From the IMG/VR virus record IMGVR_UViG_3300017756_000001: a stretch of DNA of 64,000 bases; one strand, written 5' to 3'. The notes beneath the pieces were generated by a model. The model saw only the letters and a list, made by a program, of their open reading frames with translations, did no database searches and had not been told where the DNA came from. Shown here in pieces: positions 9,480 to 20,349 of this stretch. Source of the DNA: a virus. Position numbers and translations under genes: made by a program. How positions within the stretch are numbered: the first letter of the stretch is position 1; every line of letters begins with the position of its first letter.

Positions 9480-10246
9480 AACTTAACCCATTCCTCTAAC
9501 ATATGATCAGATCCAGATGCCTCACGATTCCATCTCTCTGGTCCAATAGTGAACTCACTGTTTCCTAAAAATGCACCCCACCAAGAATATGATGAGTTTG
9601 CGATGATATGGTTCTTACACTTAGTCATCAAGTAAAGATGCCCGCTATCCTTAATATCATTACATTCAGATCCAACAAAAGTAATTTGTTTATCTGTTTT
9701 GATATTTTCCACACACCATTCAACATCCTCAGAGAATACAAAATAGTGAGGATCAGGATACTTAGATTCCATCAGTTTGATCGCACGATCATAGTATGCC
9801 TTATCAAGAACACCATGATGTGCAAGTGCTGTTGGATTGGTAACATAGTCGCCCCTTCTAACATGAATGGCAACTGAAGTTTCTACATTAGAAATTTGTT
9901 CTTCGACATTCTTGGTTGCTTCCGAAAATTCTACAGAGAAAGTAAATTGTTTTCTGATCTCATCAACAACATTTTCAAACTCTTTTAAATTTTGAAACCA
10001 TCCTTGAAGTAATGTCGCACCTTCTGGTGCATCTTCTGCGATATTATGTTTGATATTTAAAATATCAAGATCATAACCACGTCCAGTTAAACCATTTACA
10101 ATAATCTTTCTTTCCTGATTCTGATAGAAGGAAGAATCAAGACGGAGTTCTGTAAACTGTGGATATTCTTTCAGTGCAGAAACTCCTGCTGCATATTGAA
10201 ACATTTGGTTTCCCAAACCACCTTGGAGATAGACGTATAAAATCAT
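9476..10246 (-). CDS. Alpha-1,2-fucosyltransferase-like (GT11), second copy
   Basis: QGGLGNQMFQYAAGVSALK ... SVAIHVRRGDYV ... NSSYSWWGAFLG. Confidence 0.88.
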   Translation of the reverse strand: MILYVYLQGGLGNQMFQYAAGVSALKEYPQFTELRLDSSFYQNQERKIIVNGLTGRGYDLDILNIKHNIAEDAPEGATLLQGWFQNLKEFENVVDEIRKQFTFSVEFSEATKNVEEQISNVETSVAIHVRRGDYVTNPTALAHHGVLDKAYYDRAIKLMESKYPDPHYFVFSEDVEWCVENIKTDKQITFVGSECNDIKDSGHLYLMTKCKNHIIANSSYSWWGAFLGNSEFTIGPERWNREASGSDHMLEEWVKL

Positions 10247-10248
10247 TA

Positions 10249-11112
10249 TTAGTTTCTTTCTAAAAGGATATGACTACCCTTACCATTATAAGCAAGATAA
10301 TCTACACCACCATATAATTCTGGTTCATCAATCTGGTAGTTAACCCAATCACCAGCATATGGTCGTTCGACATCAATGATGCCTGCGAGAGCATCAATTG
10401 AAGCTCCGACATCAAGAAATACAGCATCAGTATACTTCTTAAGTCTATGTATAAGACCAGATTTAACGTGACCCATTCCCATAAGAAAGATCTTAGAACT
10501 TGAATTTTTAAGTTGCTCTCCAACCAGTCTTTCAGTTGCATCTAAATCATCACAAGCAAATTTCTGAGGAAGAGATACGTAATCCTCAAACTGCTCAAGT
10601 CCAAGATAGTCTTGATACTGAGGTGCTTCAATAACATTGCGAATGATATTCATTTTCATATCTGCACCAATCAAACCAATCTTTCCAGCAAAGGTTTGAA
10701 GCAACCACTTGTTAGTAACTAACCCATACCCAAACTCTGCTGGATAATCAATACTCACTCCAGGAAGAACCTCACTAAACTTTTGACGATTATCGGGGTA
10801 AATCTCACAAGTGTAATAATCACACTCTCTAGCACCATCCTTGAATGCCTGGTGATCAATCTGACTATATGGTTTACTTAAGGCACGTCTTCCTGGCGTT
10901 GCACTCCCAATAGACTCACCTCTTAAAAAGAAATAATCCCCATCACCAAACTTGTAAAAGGTTTTTGATTCATTTTTATCAACTAGATCGACCAAGAGTT
11001 CTTTGAACTCACTTAACTTCTCTTGAAAGTTTGGGTATGTTTCATCGATACCAAAACATGGATTGGCATCTAAGTTTTTAGTGCCATCAATTTTGTAAAG
11101 ATCCAAATACAT
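10249..11112 (-). CDS. Putative glycosyltransferase, GT-D-like
   Basis: KTFYKFGDGDYFFLRG motif and gene context. Confidence 0.45.
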   Translation of the reverse strand: MYLDLYKIDGTKNLDANPCFGIDETYPNFQEKLSEFKELLVDLVDKNESKTFYKFGDGDYFFLRGESIGSATPGRRALSKPYSQIDHQAFKDGARECDYYTCEIYPDNRQKFSEVLPGVSIDYPAEFGYGLVTNKWLLQTFAGKIGLIGADMKMNIIRNVIEAPQYQDYLGLEQFEDYVSLPQKFACDDLDATERLVGEQLKNSSSKIFLMGMGHVKSGLIHRLKKYTDAVFLDVGASIDALAGIIDVERPYAGDWVNYQIDEPELYGGVDYLAYNGKGSHILLERN

Positions 11113-11113
11113 A

Positions 11114-12322
11114 TCAATCCTCTACTACTATGGTGCCATGATAGATGGTAGTTTTACCATCATACGATACAATCGATTTCTTATGATAATATTGTTTAAT
11201 CCAATAGATCACATAATCAATGTCCTCCTGTGTCATACCTGGATGGCAAGGAAGACTAATCAATTTTTTCCATTCTTTATCAGCAACATCATATTCCCGA
11301 TTCTGATTTACGATTTTATGTTTATGAAGTGGTTTGTAATGGACACTAGTATGGATTTTTTTATCAGCAAGATAATTAATCAGTTCATTACGTTCCAAAG
11401 AAGGAACGCGAGCACCATAGTGCTGAACTGTTTCAGACCATGCAGGAGTTCTGATCAAACCAGACAATCCTTCATTATAACACTTTTGAATGTGTCTCCT
11501 CCACTCAAGATGTTTTGACAACTTTTTCATTTGCTCCAATGCAATTGCTGCTTGAAGATCTATCATATAACATTTGTACCCTAAAGTATCAACATCATAA
11601 TCCCAAGAATACCCAGGAGTACCACCCAAACCATTTGTGCGAGAAAACGTGCTTGTAATTCCCATCCAAGTCATAGGGACAAGTTTTTCATAGAGTTCTT
11701 TGTCATTGGTGGTGATCATGCCTCCATCACCACAAGGCATTGTTTTAACTGCCTGAAAGGACCATACAGCAGCATCTCCTTTTGATCCAGCCCCAGATGT
11801 ATAGCAACTGTGGGCACAATCTTCCAAAATAAACCCATCATAGAATTTACGAATTTCATCAATGGGGGCAGGAACTCCTGCAAGATTGACTGCAATGATT
11901 GCCTTTGTATCTGGTTTCAATTTTCTACGAACATCTTCTGGATCGATACACAAGGTATCATCCAAAACATCTACAATCGTAGATGTGCAATCATTCCACA
12001 AGGGAACCACCGCAGTAGTCATAAAAGACATAGTTGGACTAATGATGTCACACCCCTTAAGACCAAGTGCTTTGATAACAAGATCTTGTCCTGCGGTGTT
12101 GCTAGTCACTGCTACTGCATACTTTGCACCAACCATTTTTGCGAATTGTTTTTCAAACTCAGCAACTTTTGGACCTTTTCCCCACCACCCATTAGTGATA
12201 GATTCAGACAAGTTTTTGATCTCTTCATCACCACCAACAGGTTGAAGGACTGGTAATACGGTATCTCGGATTTTCATTTTCTTGTCATTGTTGTATAGTA
12301 AAGATAACCGTTTGGTGGCCAA
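11114..12322 (-). CDS. DegT/DnrJ/EryC1/StrS-family PLP aminotransferase
   Basis: GAKYAVAVTSNTAGQDLVIKALG ... ILEDCAHSCYTSGAGSKGDAAVWSFQAVKTMPCGDGGMITT. Confidence 0.88.
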   Translation of the reverse strand: MATKRLSLLYNNDKKMKIRDTVLPVLQPVGGDEEIKNLSESITNGWWGKGPKVAEFEKQFAKMVGAKYAVAVTSNTAGQDLVIKALGLKGCDIISPTMSFMTTAVVPLWNDCTSTIVDVLDDTLCIDPEDVRRKLKPDTKAIIAVNLAGVPAPIDEIRKFYDGFILEDCAHSCYTSGAGSKGDAAVWSFQAVKTMPCGDGGMITTNDKELYEKLVPMTWMGITSTFSRTNGLGGTPGYSWDYDVDTLGYKCYMIDLQAAIALEQMKKLSKHLEWRRHIQKCYNEGLSGLIRTPAWSETVQHYGARVPSLERNELINYLADKKIHTSVHYKPLHKHKIVNQNREYDVADKEWKKLISLPCHPGMTQEDIDYVIYWIKQYYHKKSIVSYDGKTTIYHGTIVVED

Positions 12323-13062
12323 AAGTCAAGAACCTTTTCAACATTGATGTCAAAATCCTTCTCTGCTCTGTCAAGGAAAACTTGTCTGCTCACTTGTCCC
12401 CTGTTTAGAATCATATAAACTTTTTTACTATTGGCAATAATATTTTCATAATAAAGAGATTGCAATTCCTCATTCAATTCAGAATAAGCATAGTTACTAA
12501 CAACTAGATCAATGTCCTCCAACTTATTAATGGTTGAATGGTGAATTGTTTTTCCGGTGATATTAAACTTAGAGAGATATTTTTCTTGCAATTTTGATGC
12601 TGGTTCAATATCATAAATGTGATACTCTTCAAAATCGCAAAGACAACTAATGGTTTTACATAATCCACCATATCCTCCACCAATTTCGACAATTCTATTG
12701 AGATCTCCCTCGCCGTAAAAATATGAAATGTCCAATGCATTTTGGATATATCTTAGTGTAGATGGTGAGATTAGACCAAATGGTAAATCATATCCAACTT
12801 TTGACGATCCACCATACAAATCATTTTCTTTAAATGCCTCAATGAGATCTTGATCCAACTCATACTGTTGAATTCCTTCAATGTACTTCAATCCTTGCTC
12901 TGGAGATACATGCTCAAGAATGGCATTGTACCTTGGATCGTTTTTAAATTTATCAAATACTTCATCATCAGACACTGCTTCATTACAAATGTCAGCATAA
13001 GGAAAACTAGTCTCGTCCTTATCTAAATTACTCCATCCTTCAATCATAGTTACCTCTAACAA
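12274..13062 (-). CDS. Putative sugar O-methyltransferase
   Basis: RIVEIGGGYGGLCKTISCLCDFEEYHIYDIEPA, SAM-binding-like motif. Confidence 0.55.
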   Translation of the reverse strand: MLEVTMIEGWSNLDKDETSFPYADICNEAVSDDEVFDKFKNDPRYNAILEHVSPEQGLKYIEGIQQYELDQDLIEAFKENDLYGGSSKVGYDLPFGLISPSTLRYIQNALDISYFYGEGDLNRIVEIGGGYGGLCKTISCLCDFEEYHIYDIEPASKLQEKYLSKFNITGKTIHHSTINKLEDIDLVVSNYAYSELNEELQSLYYENIIANSKKVYMILNRGQVSRQVFLDRAEKDFDINVEKVLDFWPPNGYLYYTTMTRK

Positions 13063-13754
13063 AAATGAAAATTATTAGCATCAAATGGAACTCCATTTGC
13101 ACTCCAGTCATTACGAATTCTACCAAGATAATTTAGTTCTTCATAATCAATGTTATTTTGAACAACAAAATCATAAAGATTGTATTCAGAGCCAATATGA
13201 TTACTGATGAGGTAATCAAATCTATTGAAACTAAAATTGGAAAAATCTACCATGACATTTGATTTCATGGAGAAAAATTGATCATTGAAAAGATTAGACG
13301 TTGCTGGAGCAACTCTTCCATTCATCCAAATAAAATCTGGATTTCCAAGTAAAGCTTGCTTTTCAAGTTGCTCGGTCTTCTCAAATACATATGGACAAGT
13401 CAAAATACCTCTTGTTGTAATATATGAGATATTTTCATACTCAGATGAATTAACTTGTTTAAGTGCAGTCTTAAGTTGTAACAACTCACCGACTCCTTTA
13501 TTATTAGAACCAATGTTTGATTCACTGCCCATAGCACATAGATCAACATCTTTAATGAGACTTTTCAAATCATTGTTTTTAATCTCAGATTCAGAGTCAA
13601 TAGTATTCTCACATAAAATGAAATCAAATGACTGTGGTAAAATCTTTAGTATCTGTCTAATACAAACAAAATACTCTTTCTCTCTAAAATCACACACCTC
13701 TTCAGAATATTGTTTGGGTCTGAGAGATGAAAATCCAATCGCTAAGTTTTTCAC
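13056..13754 (-). CDS. Hypothetical protein in glycan cluster
   Basis: 232-aa ORF, tightly coupled to neighbours. Confidence 0.5.
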   Translation of the reverse strand: MKNLAIGFSSLRPKQYSEEVCDFREKEYFVCIRQILKILPQSFDFILCENTIDSESEIKNNDLKSLIKDVDLCAMGSESNIGSNNKGVGELLQLKTALKQVNSSEYENISYITTRGILTCPYVFEKTEQLEKQALLGNPDFIWMNGRVAPATSNLFNDQFFSMKSNVMVDFSNFSFNRFDYLISNHIGSEYNLYDFVVQNNIDYEELNYLGRIRNDWSANGVPFDANNFHFC

Positions 13755-14665
13755 TTGTATGCTTTCATGTAAGTTTTATAGAAGTGTCTTGCATCTTCAG
13801 GAAGATTGTCCATATACTTTTTAAGGTTATTGATAAAATCGTAAGTATTACGATAACCAATTACTTCTTTTTCAAGATTAGTCACCAAATCTTGTACGTT
13901 TCTATCCTGATACACCGATGCTTTATTATAGATCACCGAGTTAGGGAAATAATATTGCAGAATATATGACCCCCAGATATCATCCATTCTTCCTACATGA
14001 GGAAGCACAGCATAGTATGGCAATACTTCTCTTGCTAAGAAAGTATTCTGACTATTAAATGGTGCGATCTTATTTGAACAATATGGTTTCTCTACATTGT
14101 ATTTTACTATGGGTTTCATTGTAAGTCTAGCCATAGCATCAATATCAGGATCACCATCCCATAGATCTGCCTGAACTAATACCTTACGTTTTACTTTACC
14201 TTTGTACTCAACTTCATGTCTTTTTCCCAACAAATCAATTGGAAAACCTCTGTGCCAAATATCTGGAGTATTTGTTACAGACAATGGATCAAATACATTC
14301 TGAGATGGTTCATACAAATCACATTCAATTGTCTGACCAACTAAAAGATTTTTACCCCAATCATCATAGGGAATATTATCATCATCAACTGTGGCAACAA
14401 TGTCTGCACCTTGCTTGTATGCATAAAGAAATCCAATATTTCTTCTTTGAATACTCTTCCATCCAATTGAATCAGACAAATCACTATCAATGGTTTGTTG
14501 AATCTCTGGAGAGAGGTAAATACAATCTAGTTCCTCATACTCCAAATGTGGAGTTTTTGTGTCACCCACCACGATGAGAGTCCAATCTTCCATCGCAGCA
14601 AACTTTCTTGTTGCTAAAGTTGGACTATTGATGGTCGTTGTAACAATAAACTTTTTTAATCCCAT
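13751..14665 (-). CDS. STELLO-like glycosyltransferase
   Basis: FIVTTTINSPTLATRKFAAMEDWTLIVVGDTKTP ... RRNIGFLYAYKQGADIVATVDDDNIP. Confidence 0.6.
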   Translation of the reverse strand: MGLKKFIVTTTINSPTLATRKFAAMEDWTLIVVGDTKTPHLEYEELDCIYLSPEIQQTIDSDLSDSIGWKSIQRRNIGFLYAYKQGADIVATVDDDNIPYDDWGKNLLVGQTIECDLYEPSQNVFDPLSVTNTPDIWHRGFPIDLLGKRHEVEYKGKVKRKVLVQADLWDGDPDIDAMARLTMKPIVKYNVEKPYCSNKIAPFNSQNTFLAREVLPYYAVLPHVGRMDDIWGSYILQYYFPNSVIYNKASVYQDRNVQDLVTNLEKEVIGYRNTYDFINNLKKYMDNLPEDARHFYKTYMKAYK

Positions 14666-15588
14666 TCTATTTCTCCATCGACAATAATTTCAGTATTATC
14701 ATTAACTCTTACCTTATTATACTTAATAAATCCCCAGTCAGATTTATTTTCATACCTTAATTTAGTATAACTACTATTATCTCTAGGGAGGGGGTGTCCA
14801 TGATAAATGTGATAATAAGGAGCATTTATCAATTTAAGTTCTTTACCTTTAAGTTTTAAATTCCATAGAATTTCTGTATCCATATTTGATTGATTTTTGT
14901 TAGTCCTATGACTAAAATCACCTTCATTATATGCTGTGGCAACATTGAAGAATACTTCTCTTGAGAACATACATGCATCTCCAGACCACAAACCAATAAC
15001 TGGATCTTCACCAAGAAGATTATGATATTTTAGATTTTCATACAAATCCAAAACTTGTTCAGGATCCCCCCATCCATTTAATGGTCCAGTTAAAACATCA
15101 CCATTAGGAATTAGTCTAGGAGATAGTGAAGGAGAATCTCCTAATGAAATATCGCCTCTATATCTAACTCTATAAAAAACATCATTCTTCTCATCACTAT
15201 CAAATTCTTTTTTAATTTCTTCAATTAACTTTTCTGTCAGCATAATGTCAGAGTTAGTAATGAAGATCATATCTCCTGTTGAAATTCTACAACCAGCATT
15301 TTTTGCAAAATACTCATAGTAAGTTGAAGGTGTTAAGTCTTCAGCAACAGACACTGAGGGATCGACAATCAAATTCTTCACTCTTGGATGTTGAAGAACT
15401 TCCTCCATCAGAGAATTGACATGGAGATACTGCTCATTAATCGGATTGAAGTCAACCACGATCATTTCATAATCAATGCCCGAACTATCAAGCAGTTTAA
15501 GATTATGTGATACTGCTTGTTCTAATCTTTCGATAAATTGTTCTCCATAGTTATCATCTCTTCCACCCAAAACTACACTTAATTCCAT
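14656..15588 (-). CDS. Glycosyltransferase, GT2-like
   Basis: [15 protein letters not shown] ... CRISTGDMIFITNSDIML. Confidence 0.65.
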   Translation of the reverse strand: MELSVVLGGRDDNYGEQFIERLEQAVSHNLKLLDSSGIDYEMIVVDFNPINEQYLHVNSLMEEVLQHPRVKNLIVDPSVSVAEDLTPSTYYEYFAKNAGCRISTGDMIFITNSDIMLTEKLIEEIKKEFDSDEKNDVFYRVRYRGDISLGDSPSLSPRLIPNGDVLTGPLNGWGDPEQVLDLYENLKYHNLLGEDPVIGLWSGDACMFSREVFFNVATAYNEGDFSHRTNKNQSNMDTEILWNLKLKGKELKLINAPYYHIYHGHPLPRDNSSYTKLRYENKSDWGFIKYNKVRVNDNTEIIVDGEIEWD

Positions 15589-16571
15589 TATTCTTTCTCC
15601 ATTAAGATTTCTTTATACCAATCATAAGTATTTTTAATTCCATTTTTTAATTCAATTTTTGGTTTCCAACCAAGAGATTTAATCTTATCAACATTAAGAA
15701 CTTTTCTTGGTGTCCCATTAGGTTTAGAAGTGTCCCATGTTGTTTGACCTGGATGCCCAACCACATCAGAAACAATACTCGCAAGTTCTTTAATAGTAAT
15801 GTCTTCTCCTGTTCCAACATTAATTGGTTCTGAGGAGTCGTAATCTCTCATACATGTAAAACAAGCTTCGGCAAGATCATCAACATGAAGAAACTCTCTC
15901 CGTGCCGAACCGTCACCCCAAAGTTTTACATCTGGCCACCAAGGACCACCCATATCAATAGTATATCCGTCAACAGTTGCATAGTGATACTTGGCAATCA
16001 TTGCAGGAAGAACATGAGATGACTCTAAATCAAAATTATCATTAGGACCATACAAATTCGTAGGCATCAAAGAGATTGCATTAAACCCATATTGCTTACG
16101 ATATGCCTGGCACGTCTTAATCCCAGCAATCTTTGCAATCGCATAGGCATCATTCGTTGGTTCTAAAGAACCTGTCATCAAATATTCTTCCTTAATAGGT
16201 TGCTCACACATCTTTGGATAGATGCAAGAAGATCCAAGAAACAAGAGTTTTTTAACTCCAAACTTGCGAGCAGCATGAATGATGTTTGATTGAATCATCA
16301 AATTATCATAGATGAAGTGTGCAGGATAATCACTGTTAGCACCAATTCCACCAACCTTGGCAGCAGCAAGATAAACATATTCTGGTTCATTTAATTTAAA
16401 AAATCTCTCAACATCCTCTTGCCTACGCAAATCCCAATGAGAGGATGGGGAGGAGAGAATATTAGTATACCCCTTTCTATGGAGCATACGAACTAATGCT
16501 GATCCTACTAATCCAGTATTACCAGCAACATAAACTCGACTCTTACTGTTCATGAGTACACATTTCCTCAA
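15588..16571 (-). CDS. fcl: GDP-L-fucose synthase
   Basis: [18 protein letters not shown] ... [36 protein letters not shown] ... LGSSCIYPK. Confidence 0.95.
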   Translation of the reverse strand: MRKCVLMNSKSRVYVAGNTGLVGSALVRMLHRKGYTNILSSPSSHWDLRRQEDVERFFKLNEPEYVYLAAAKVGGIGANSDYPAHFIYDNLMIQSNIIHAARKFGVKKLLFLGSSCIYPKMCEQPIKEEYLMTGSLEPTNDAYAIAKIAGIKTCQAYRKQYGFNAISLMPTNLYGPNDNFDLESSHVLPAMIAKYHYATVDGYTIDMGGPWWPDVKLWGDGSARREFLHVDDLAEACFTCMRDYDSSEPINVGTGEDITIKELASIVSDVVGHPGQTTWDTSKPNGTPRKVLNVDKIKSLGWKPKIELKNGIKNTYDWYKEILMEKE

Positions 16572-17577
16572 CTAATTTTTTAAAAGAAGTTTTAGGTATC
16601 CAACCTAATTTTTCCCTTGCCTTGGTGGCATCACCTAATAAAGTTTCAACTTCAGCAGGTCTGAAATATTTAGAGTTAACTTTAATAATCTCTTTTCCAG
16701 TAAAGATATCATATCCAATTTCATTTAATCCTTCACCTCTCCAGGTAATTTGCATACCAAAATGAAGTGCTGCTTCCTCAACAAAATCTCTAACTGAATA
16801 TTGTTCACCTGTTGCAATAACATAATCATCTGGGTTTTCCTGCTGTAACATCAGCCACATTGCTTCAACATAATCTTTAGCATGACCCCAGTCTCTTTTA
16901 GCATCTAAATTTCCAAGATGTAAACAATTATCTTTTCCATTTTTAATTTTATTTAATCCCATTGTGATTTTTTTAGTCACAAAAGTTTCACCTCTTCTTG
17001 GACTTTCATGATTAAATAAGATTCCAGAATTTGCATGAATTCCATATGCTTCTCTGTAGTTTTTCGTAATCCAGTGTGCATATAATTTTGCCACGCCATA
17101 AGGTGATCTTGGATAGAAAGGAGTCAATTCAGTCTGTGGAATTTGTTGAACTTTACCAAACATTTCAGAAGTGGATGCTTGATAAAATTTAACTGTATTC
17201 TCCATTTTAAGAATACGTATTGCCTCCAAAATACGAAGAGTTCCCATAGCATCACTATTTGCTGTATACTCTGGAGTTTCAAATGATACTTTTACATGAC
17301 TCTGTGCTCCTAAATTGTAAATTTCATCAGGTTGAATTTTCTGAATTAAACTAATGAGATTTGTAGAATCTGTAAGATCTCCATAGTATAATTCAAAATT
17401 TTTATTAGATTCAAATACCTCATCAATTCTTGTAGTATTGAAAGAGGAACTTCTCCTCTTGATACCACATACCCTGTAACCCTTACTCAACAAAAATTCT
17501 GCCAGGTAGGATCCATCCTGACCTGTAACTCCAGTTATAAATGCCTTTTTCATAAATTTATTTGAGATTGAATCCAA
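16543..17577 (-). CDS. gmd: GDP-mannose 4,6-dehydratase (true start likely MKKAFITG, about 17553)
   Basis: [38 protein letters not shown] ... [13 protein letters not shown] ... [11 protein letters not shown]. Confidence 0.96.
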   Translation of the reverse strand: MDSISNKFMKKAFITGVTGQDGSYLAEFLLSKGYRVCGIKRRSSSFNTTRIDEVFESNKNFELYYGDLTDSTNLISLIQKIQPDEIYNLGAQSHVKVSFETPEYTANSDAMGTLRILEAIRILKMENTVKFYQASTSEMFGKVQQIPQTELTPFYPRSPYGVAKLYAHWITKNYREAYGIHANSGILFNHESPRRGETFVTKKITMGLNKIKNGKDNCLHLGNLDAKRDWGHAKDYVEAMWLMLQQENPDDYVIATGEQYSVRDFVEEAALHFGMQITWRGEGLNEIGYDIFTGKEIIKVNSKYFRPAEVETLLGDATKAREKLGWIPKTSFKKLVEEMCTHEQ

Positions 17578-18590
17578 GTATATGTTTTACGAATACCTTC
17601 TTCAAGAGTTTGAGAATAATCCCAACCAAGTTTCTCACGGATGAGATCATTGTTTGAGTTACGACCACGAACACCAAGAGGACCATCAATATGAATCTTC
17701 TGAACATCTTTAGATGCTACCTTAGCAGCAATATCAACCAGTTGATTGATAGTAACCATTTCTTCAGAACCAATGTTTACAGGACCCATAAAGTCACTGT
17801 CCATCAGTCTTCGAGTTGCTTCAATGCATTCGTCAATGAACAGGAAGGAACGAGTCTGTAAGCCATCTCCCCACACCTCGATTGCTCCACCCTCCTTCGG
17901 GAGGAAAGCGACCTTACGGCAGATTGCAGCTGGTGCCTTCTCTCTTCCACCGTCCCAGGTTCCTTCGGGACCAAAAATGTTGTGATATCTAGCAATCCTA
18001 ATAGGAATGCCATGATTACGATTATACGCAAGATAAAGTCGTTCACTAAAGAGTTTCTCCCATCCATATTCTGAGTCTGGGTTTGCTGGGTATGCTGATT
18101 CTTCACGGCAATCTGGATTATCGGGGTCTAATTGGTTATGCTCTGGATACATACATGCTGATCCAGAATAGAAAATCTTAGTCTTATTTCCAACAGTTTC
18201 ATTGAACTTCCTTTGTTCATTAAGAACATTCAGATTAATGGTGACAGAGTTGTGCATGATGTCTGAATCATTATCACCCGTAAAAACAAAACCTGCTCCA
18301 CCCATATCAGCAGCAAACTGATAGATCTCATCAAATGGACAATGATATTTTTCAGGTACACTTGCATAAAAATTTCCAAGATATCCCTTGAATCTAATTA
18401 CCCTATCTACAAAATTACGATCTGTTAAATCACCTTGAACAAATTCATTTGCTTCGGTCTCTCCATATTCTGGATACTTTAAATCAATACCTCTTACCCA
18501 GTATCCCTCAGACCTGAGTCGTTTTACCATATGACTACCAATAAATCCACCAGCACCGAGAACAAGTGCTGTCTTCTTATACTCGGACAT
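17550..18590 (-). CDS. GDP-mannose 3,5-epimerase-like NAD-dependent epimerase
   Basis: [15 protein letters not shown] ... [12 protein letters not shown] ... [12 protein letters not shown] ... [22 protein letters not shown]. Confidence 0.85.
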   Translation of the reverse strand: MSEYKKTALVLGAGGFIGSHMVKRLRSEGYWVRGIDLKYPEYGETEANEFVQGDLTDRNFVDRVIRFKGYLGNFYASVPEKYHCPFDEIYQFAADMGGAGFVFTGDNDSDIMHNSVTINLNVLNEQRKFNETVGNKTKIFYSGSACMYPEHNQLDPDNPDCREESAYPANPDSEYGWEKLFSERLYLAYNRNHGIPIRIARYHNIFGPEGTWDGGREKAPAAICRKVAFLPKEGGAIEVWGDGLQTRSFLFIDECIEATRRLMDSDFMGPVNIGSEEMVTINQLVDIAAKVASKDVQKIHIDGPLGVRGRNSNNDLIREKLGWDYSQTLEEGIRKTYTWIQSQINL

Positions 18591-18614
18591 TTTAATTTTT
18601 AATCTACATTATGT

Positions 18615-18643
18615 ATTATACTAAAAAAGGAGGGTTATGACAA
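18615..18643 (-). promoter_or_regulatory. Promoter upstream of the glycan cluster, -35 embedded in terminator hairpin
   Basis: TTGTCA (18638-18643), 17 nt, TATAAT (18615-18620) on minus strand. Confidence 0.65.
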
Positions 18644-18651
18644 CCCTCCTT
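18623..18651 (-). terminator. Rho-independent terminator between 18757..19014 and the glycan cluster
   Basis: AAGGAGGGTT/AACCCTCCTT perfect inverted repeat, T-run on minus strand. Confidence 0.8.
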
Positions 18652-18756
18652 AAACTTTTCCATGCACGCCACTTACTTTTTAATCAGAAGCAAGAAACTG
18701 ACGGGATTGAAGGGGTTGACCTTCACCGACCAGTGCTGTTATAGTCCATCCGTGAC

Positions 18757-19014
18757 TCAAGCCTTCACACAATCTTTTCGATAGGCAGGAACACCATCAG
18801 GATCTAACCAACAAGTATAATCATGATCTTCCATGGCAGTCATTATCTGCATTTCATTATCACAAAGATACATATCACGGTATCGTCCAGTATATGAATC
18901 TACTTTTTGAATACGATAATCTGGCATACCATTGATTTCTAGGATGCCAACTTGAATATAACGATAGGGAAACCGTTCAAGAAGAACGGTTGGTTTTTTC
19001 ACGACTTTCATCAA
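18757..19014 (-). CDS. Hypothetical protein
   Basis: 85-aa ORF. Confidence 0.5.
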   Translation of the reverse strand: MMKVVKKPTVLLERFPYRYIQVGILEINGMPDYRIQKVDSYTGRYRDMYLCDNEMQIMTAMEDHDYTCWLDPDGVPAYRKDCVKA

Positions 19015-19229
19015 ATAACCTCAACAACCTCAAGATCAGAGTAAAGATAATCCATCAACATTTCATAATCATCACCAGGATCACCAGAAAAAATTACTCC
19101 TGTGGATTCATAAAAACGACGGACTTTTTTGAACAACTTTGGATTTTTTACATCCAGAAAAATTTCTCCATTTGCTGCAGCACGAAGAGTGCCAATGTCT
19201 TTAGACTTAAATTTTTCGGTCAGTGCCAT
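19011..19229 (-). CDS. Hypothetical protein
   Basis: 72-aa ORF, start preceded by promoter 19252-19280. Confidence 0.5.
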   Translation of the reverse strand: MALTEKFKSKDIGTLRAAANGEIFLDVKNPKLFKKVRRFYESTGVIFSGDPGDDYEMLMDYLYSDLEVVEVI

Positions 19230-19251
19230 TGTCTGTTTTGATTGCCTGTAT

Positions 19252-19280
19252 ATTATAAGGTATTGTGACTATGTAGTCAA
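19252..19280 (-). promoter_or_regulatory. sigma70-type promoter abutting the tRNA-Pro 3' end
   Basis: TTGACT (19275-19280), 17 nt, TATAAT (19252-19257). Confidence 0.65.
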
Positions 19281-19284
19281 GTGG

Positions 19285-19358
19285 TCGGGACGATAGGATT
19301 TGAACCTACGGCCACTCGCTCCCAAAGCGAGTGCTCTACCAAACTGAGCTACGTCCCG
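19285..19358 (-). tRNA. tRNA-Pro(TGG)
   Basis: Cloverleaf: CGGGACG acceptor pairs CGTCCCG; loop TTTGGGA; GTAGGTTCAAATCCTAT T-arm. Confidence 0.93.
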
Positions 19359-19416
19359 AAAAATAGGTTCCTATCGCCGCTAACTCTGAACCTACCAAAG
19401 GAAGTTACCGCAGCCA

Positions 19417-19599
19417 TCATGTGCGACCTACCAAGGCTAAAACTCCATGAGAGTAAAATCCAAGGAGGATACATCCGAGGATGGCACTTATAATTGTAGC
19501 AGTTTTATTATGTTTGTCAATAGCTTTATCGATCATTTCCTGGCACTGTTTTTCTGTGACGTAGTGCTCTGGTTTTATTTCATCCATCCTGTGAGACAT
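19417..19599 (-). CDS. Hypothetical small membrane protein
   Basis: 60-aa ORF with C-terminal TM helix. Confidence 0.45.
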   Translation of the reverse strand: MSHRMDEIKPEHYVTEKQCQEMIDKAIDKHNKTATIISAILGCILLGFYSHGVLALVGRT

Positions 19600-19735
19600 T
19601 CTTCAAATTATCCATGGGATCAGGTTCTCCTCTTACAATAGCACAAGCTCTTTTATAGTAGAAGTTGTCTGTTGTGCCGTTTTCCTCAAATTTTTCCTTA
19701 ATAATTTTCCAGTTCTGTAAGTCGTCGGGATGCAT
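19580..19735 (-). CDS. 51-aa hypothetical protein (not in ORF track)
   Basis: MHPDDLQNWKIIKEKFEENGTTDNFYYKRACAIVRGEPDPMDNLKNVSQDG. Confidence 0.4.
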   Translation of the reverse strand: MHPDDLQNWKIIKEKFEENGTTDNFYYKRACAIVRGEPDPMDNLKNVSQDG

Positions 19736-19766
19736 AATGGTAGAAAGATTGTCTACAATACTATTT

Positions 19767-19795
19767 AATGTAGCAATCTGCTACACTGTTGTCAA
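19767..19795 (-). promoter_or_regulatory. Putative sigma70 promoter
   Basis: TTGACA (19790-19795), 17 nt, TACATT (19767-19772). Confidence 0.5.
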
Positions 19796-19978
19796 GTGTG
19801 TGTTCATTCTCTGACGAATTGTTCCAGTGTCTTATGACTCCAGATACAATAAAAATATTAGTGACCATGTAACTAACAAATATACAGGTGCGAACGATAG
19901 CAACCCAATCATCATAATTTTCTGTTTTTGTGTCACTGAAACTTCCTAATGAGTACTTCCAAATTTCCCAAAGTTTTT

Positions 19979-20236
19979 TCACCGAACTTCAAAGTCCAAC
20001 TTACGAACTTTGCGTTGCCTTCTTTGCTCCTGCCAAAGGATATCTTCCTGTGACAAGACACTTTTTTTAGTCTTTGGTTGCTTAGAGTTTAACATCATAA
20101 CAAGAGATAAGTCAACAGCAGAAATCTTATCTCCACGAATGGTCGTCATATTTGGACAACCACAAGAAACAGTTTTATTAAGGTGTCCCTCTATTTCCTT
20201 TCCACAGGAACGACATCTTACTCGGATATTATCCAT
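19979..20236 (-). CDS. Hypothetical protein with zinc-ribbon-like N-terminus
   Basis: 85 aa; CRSCGKEIEGHLNKTVSCGC. Confidence 0.5.
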   Translation of the reverse strand: MDNIRVRCRSCGKEIEGHLNKTVSCGCPNMTTIRGDKISAVDLSLVMMLNSKQPKTKKSVLSQEDILWQEQRRQRKVRKLDFEVR

Positions 20237-20266
20237 TGTATAGTGATTACTTCGTCAGTTTTCACT

Positions 20267-20274
20267 TATTTATA
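20267..20274 (-). promoter_or_regulatory. T4-type late promoter motif
   Basis: TATAAATA on minus strand upstream of 19979..20236. Confidence 0.5.
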
Positions 20275-20346
20275 TGGGAGATACCGGGATCGAACCAGTG
20301 ACCCACTCGGTGTAAACGAGTTGCTCTACCTCTGAGCTAATCTCCC
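20275..20346 (-). tRNA. tRNA-Val(TAC)
   Basis: GGGAGAT acceptor pairs ATCTCCC; anticodon loop TTTACAC. Confidence 0.93.
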
Positions 20347-20349
20347 AAA

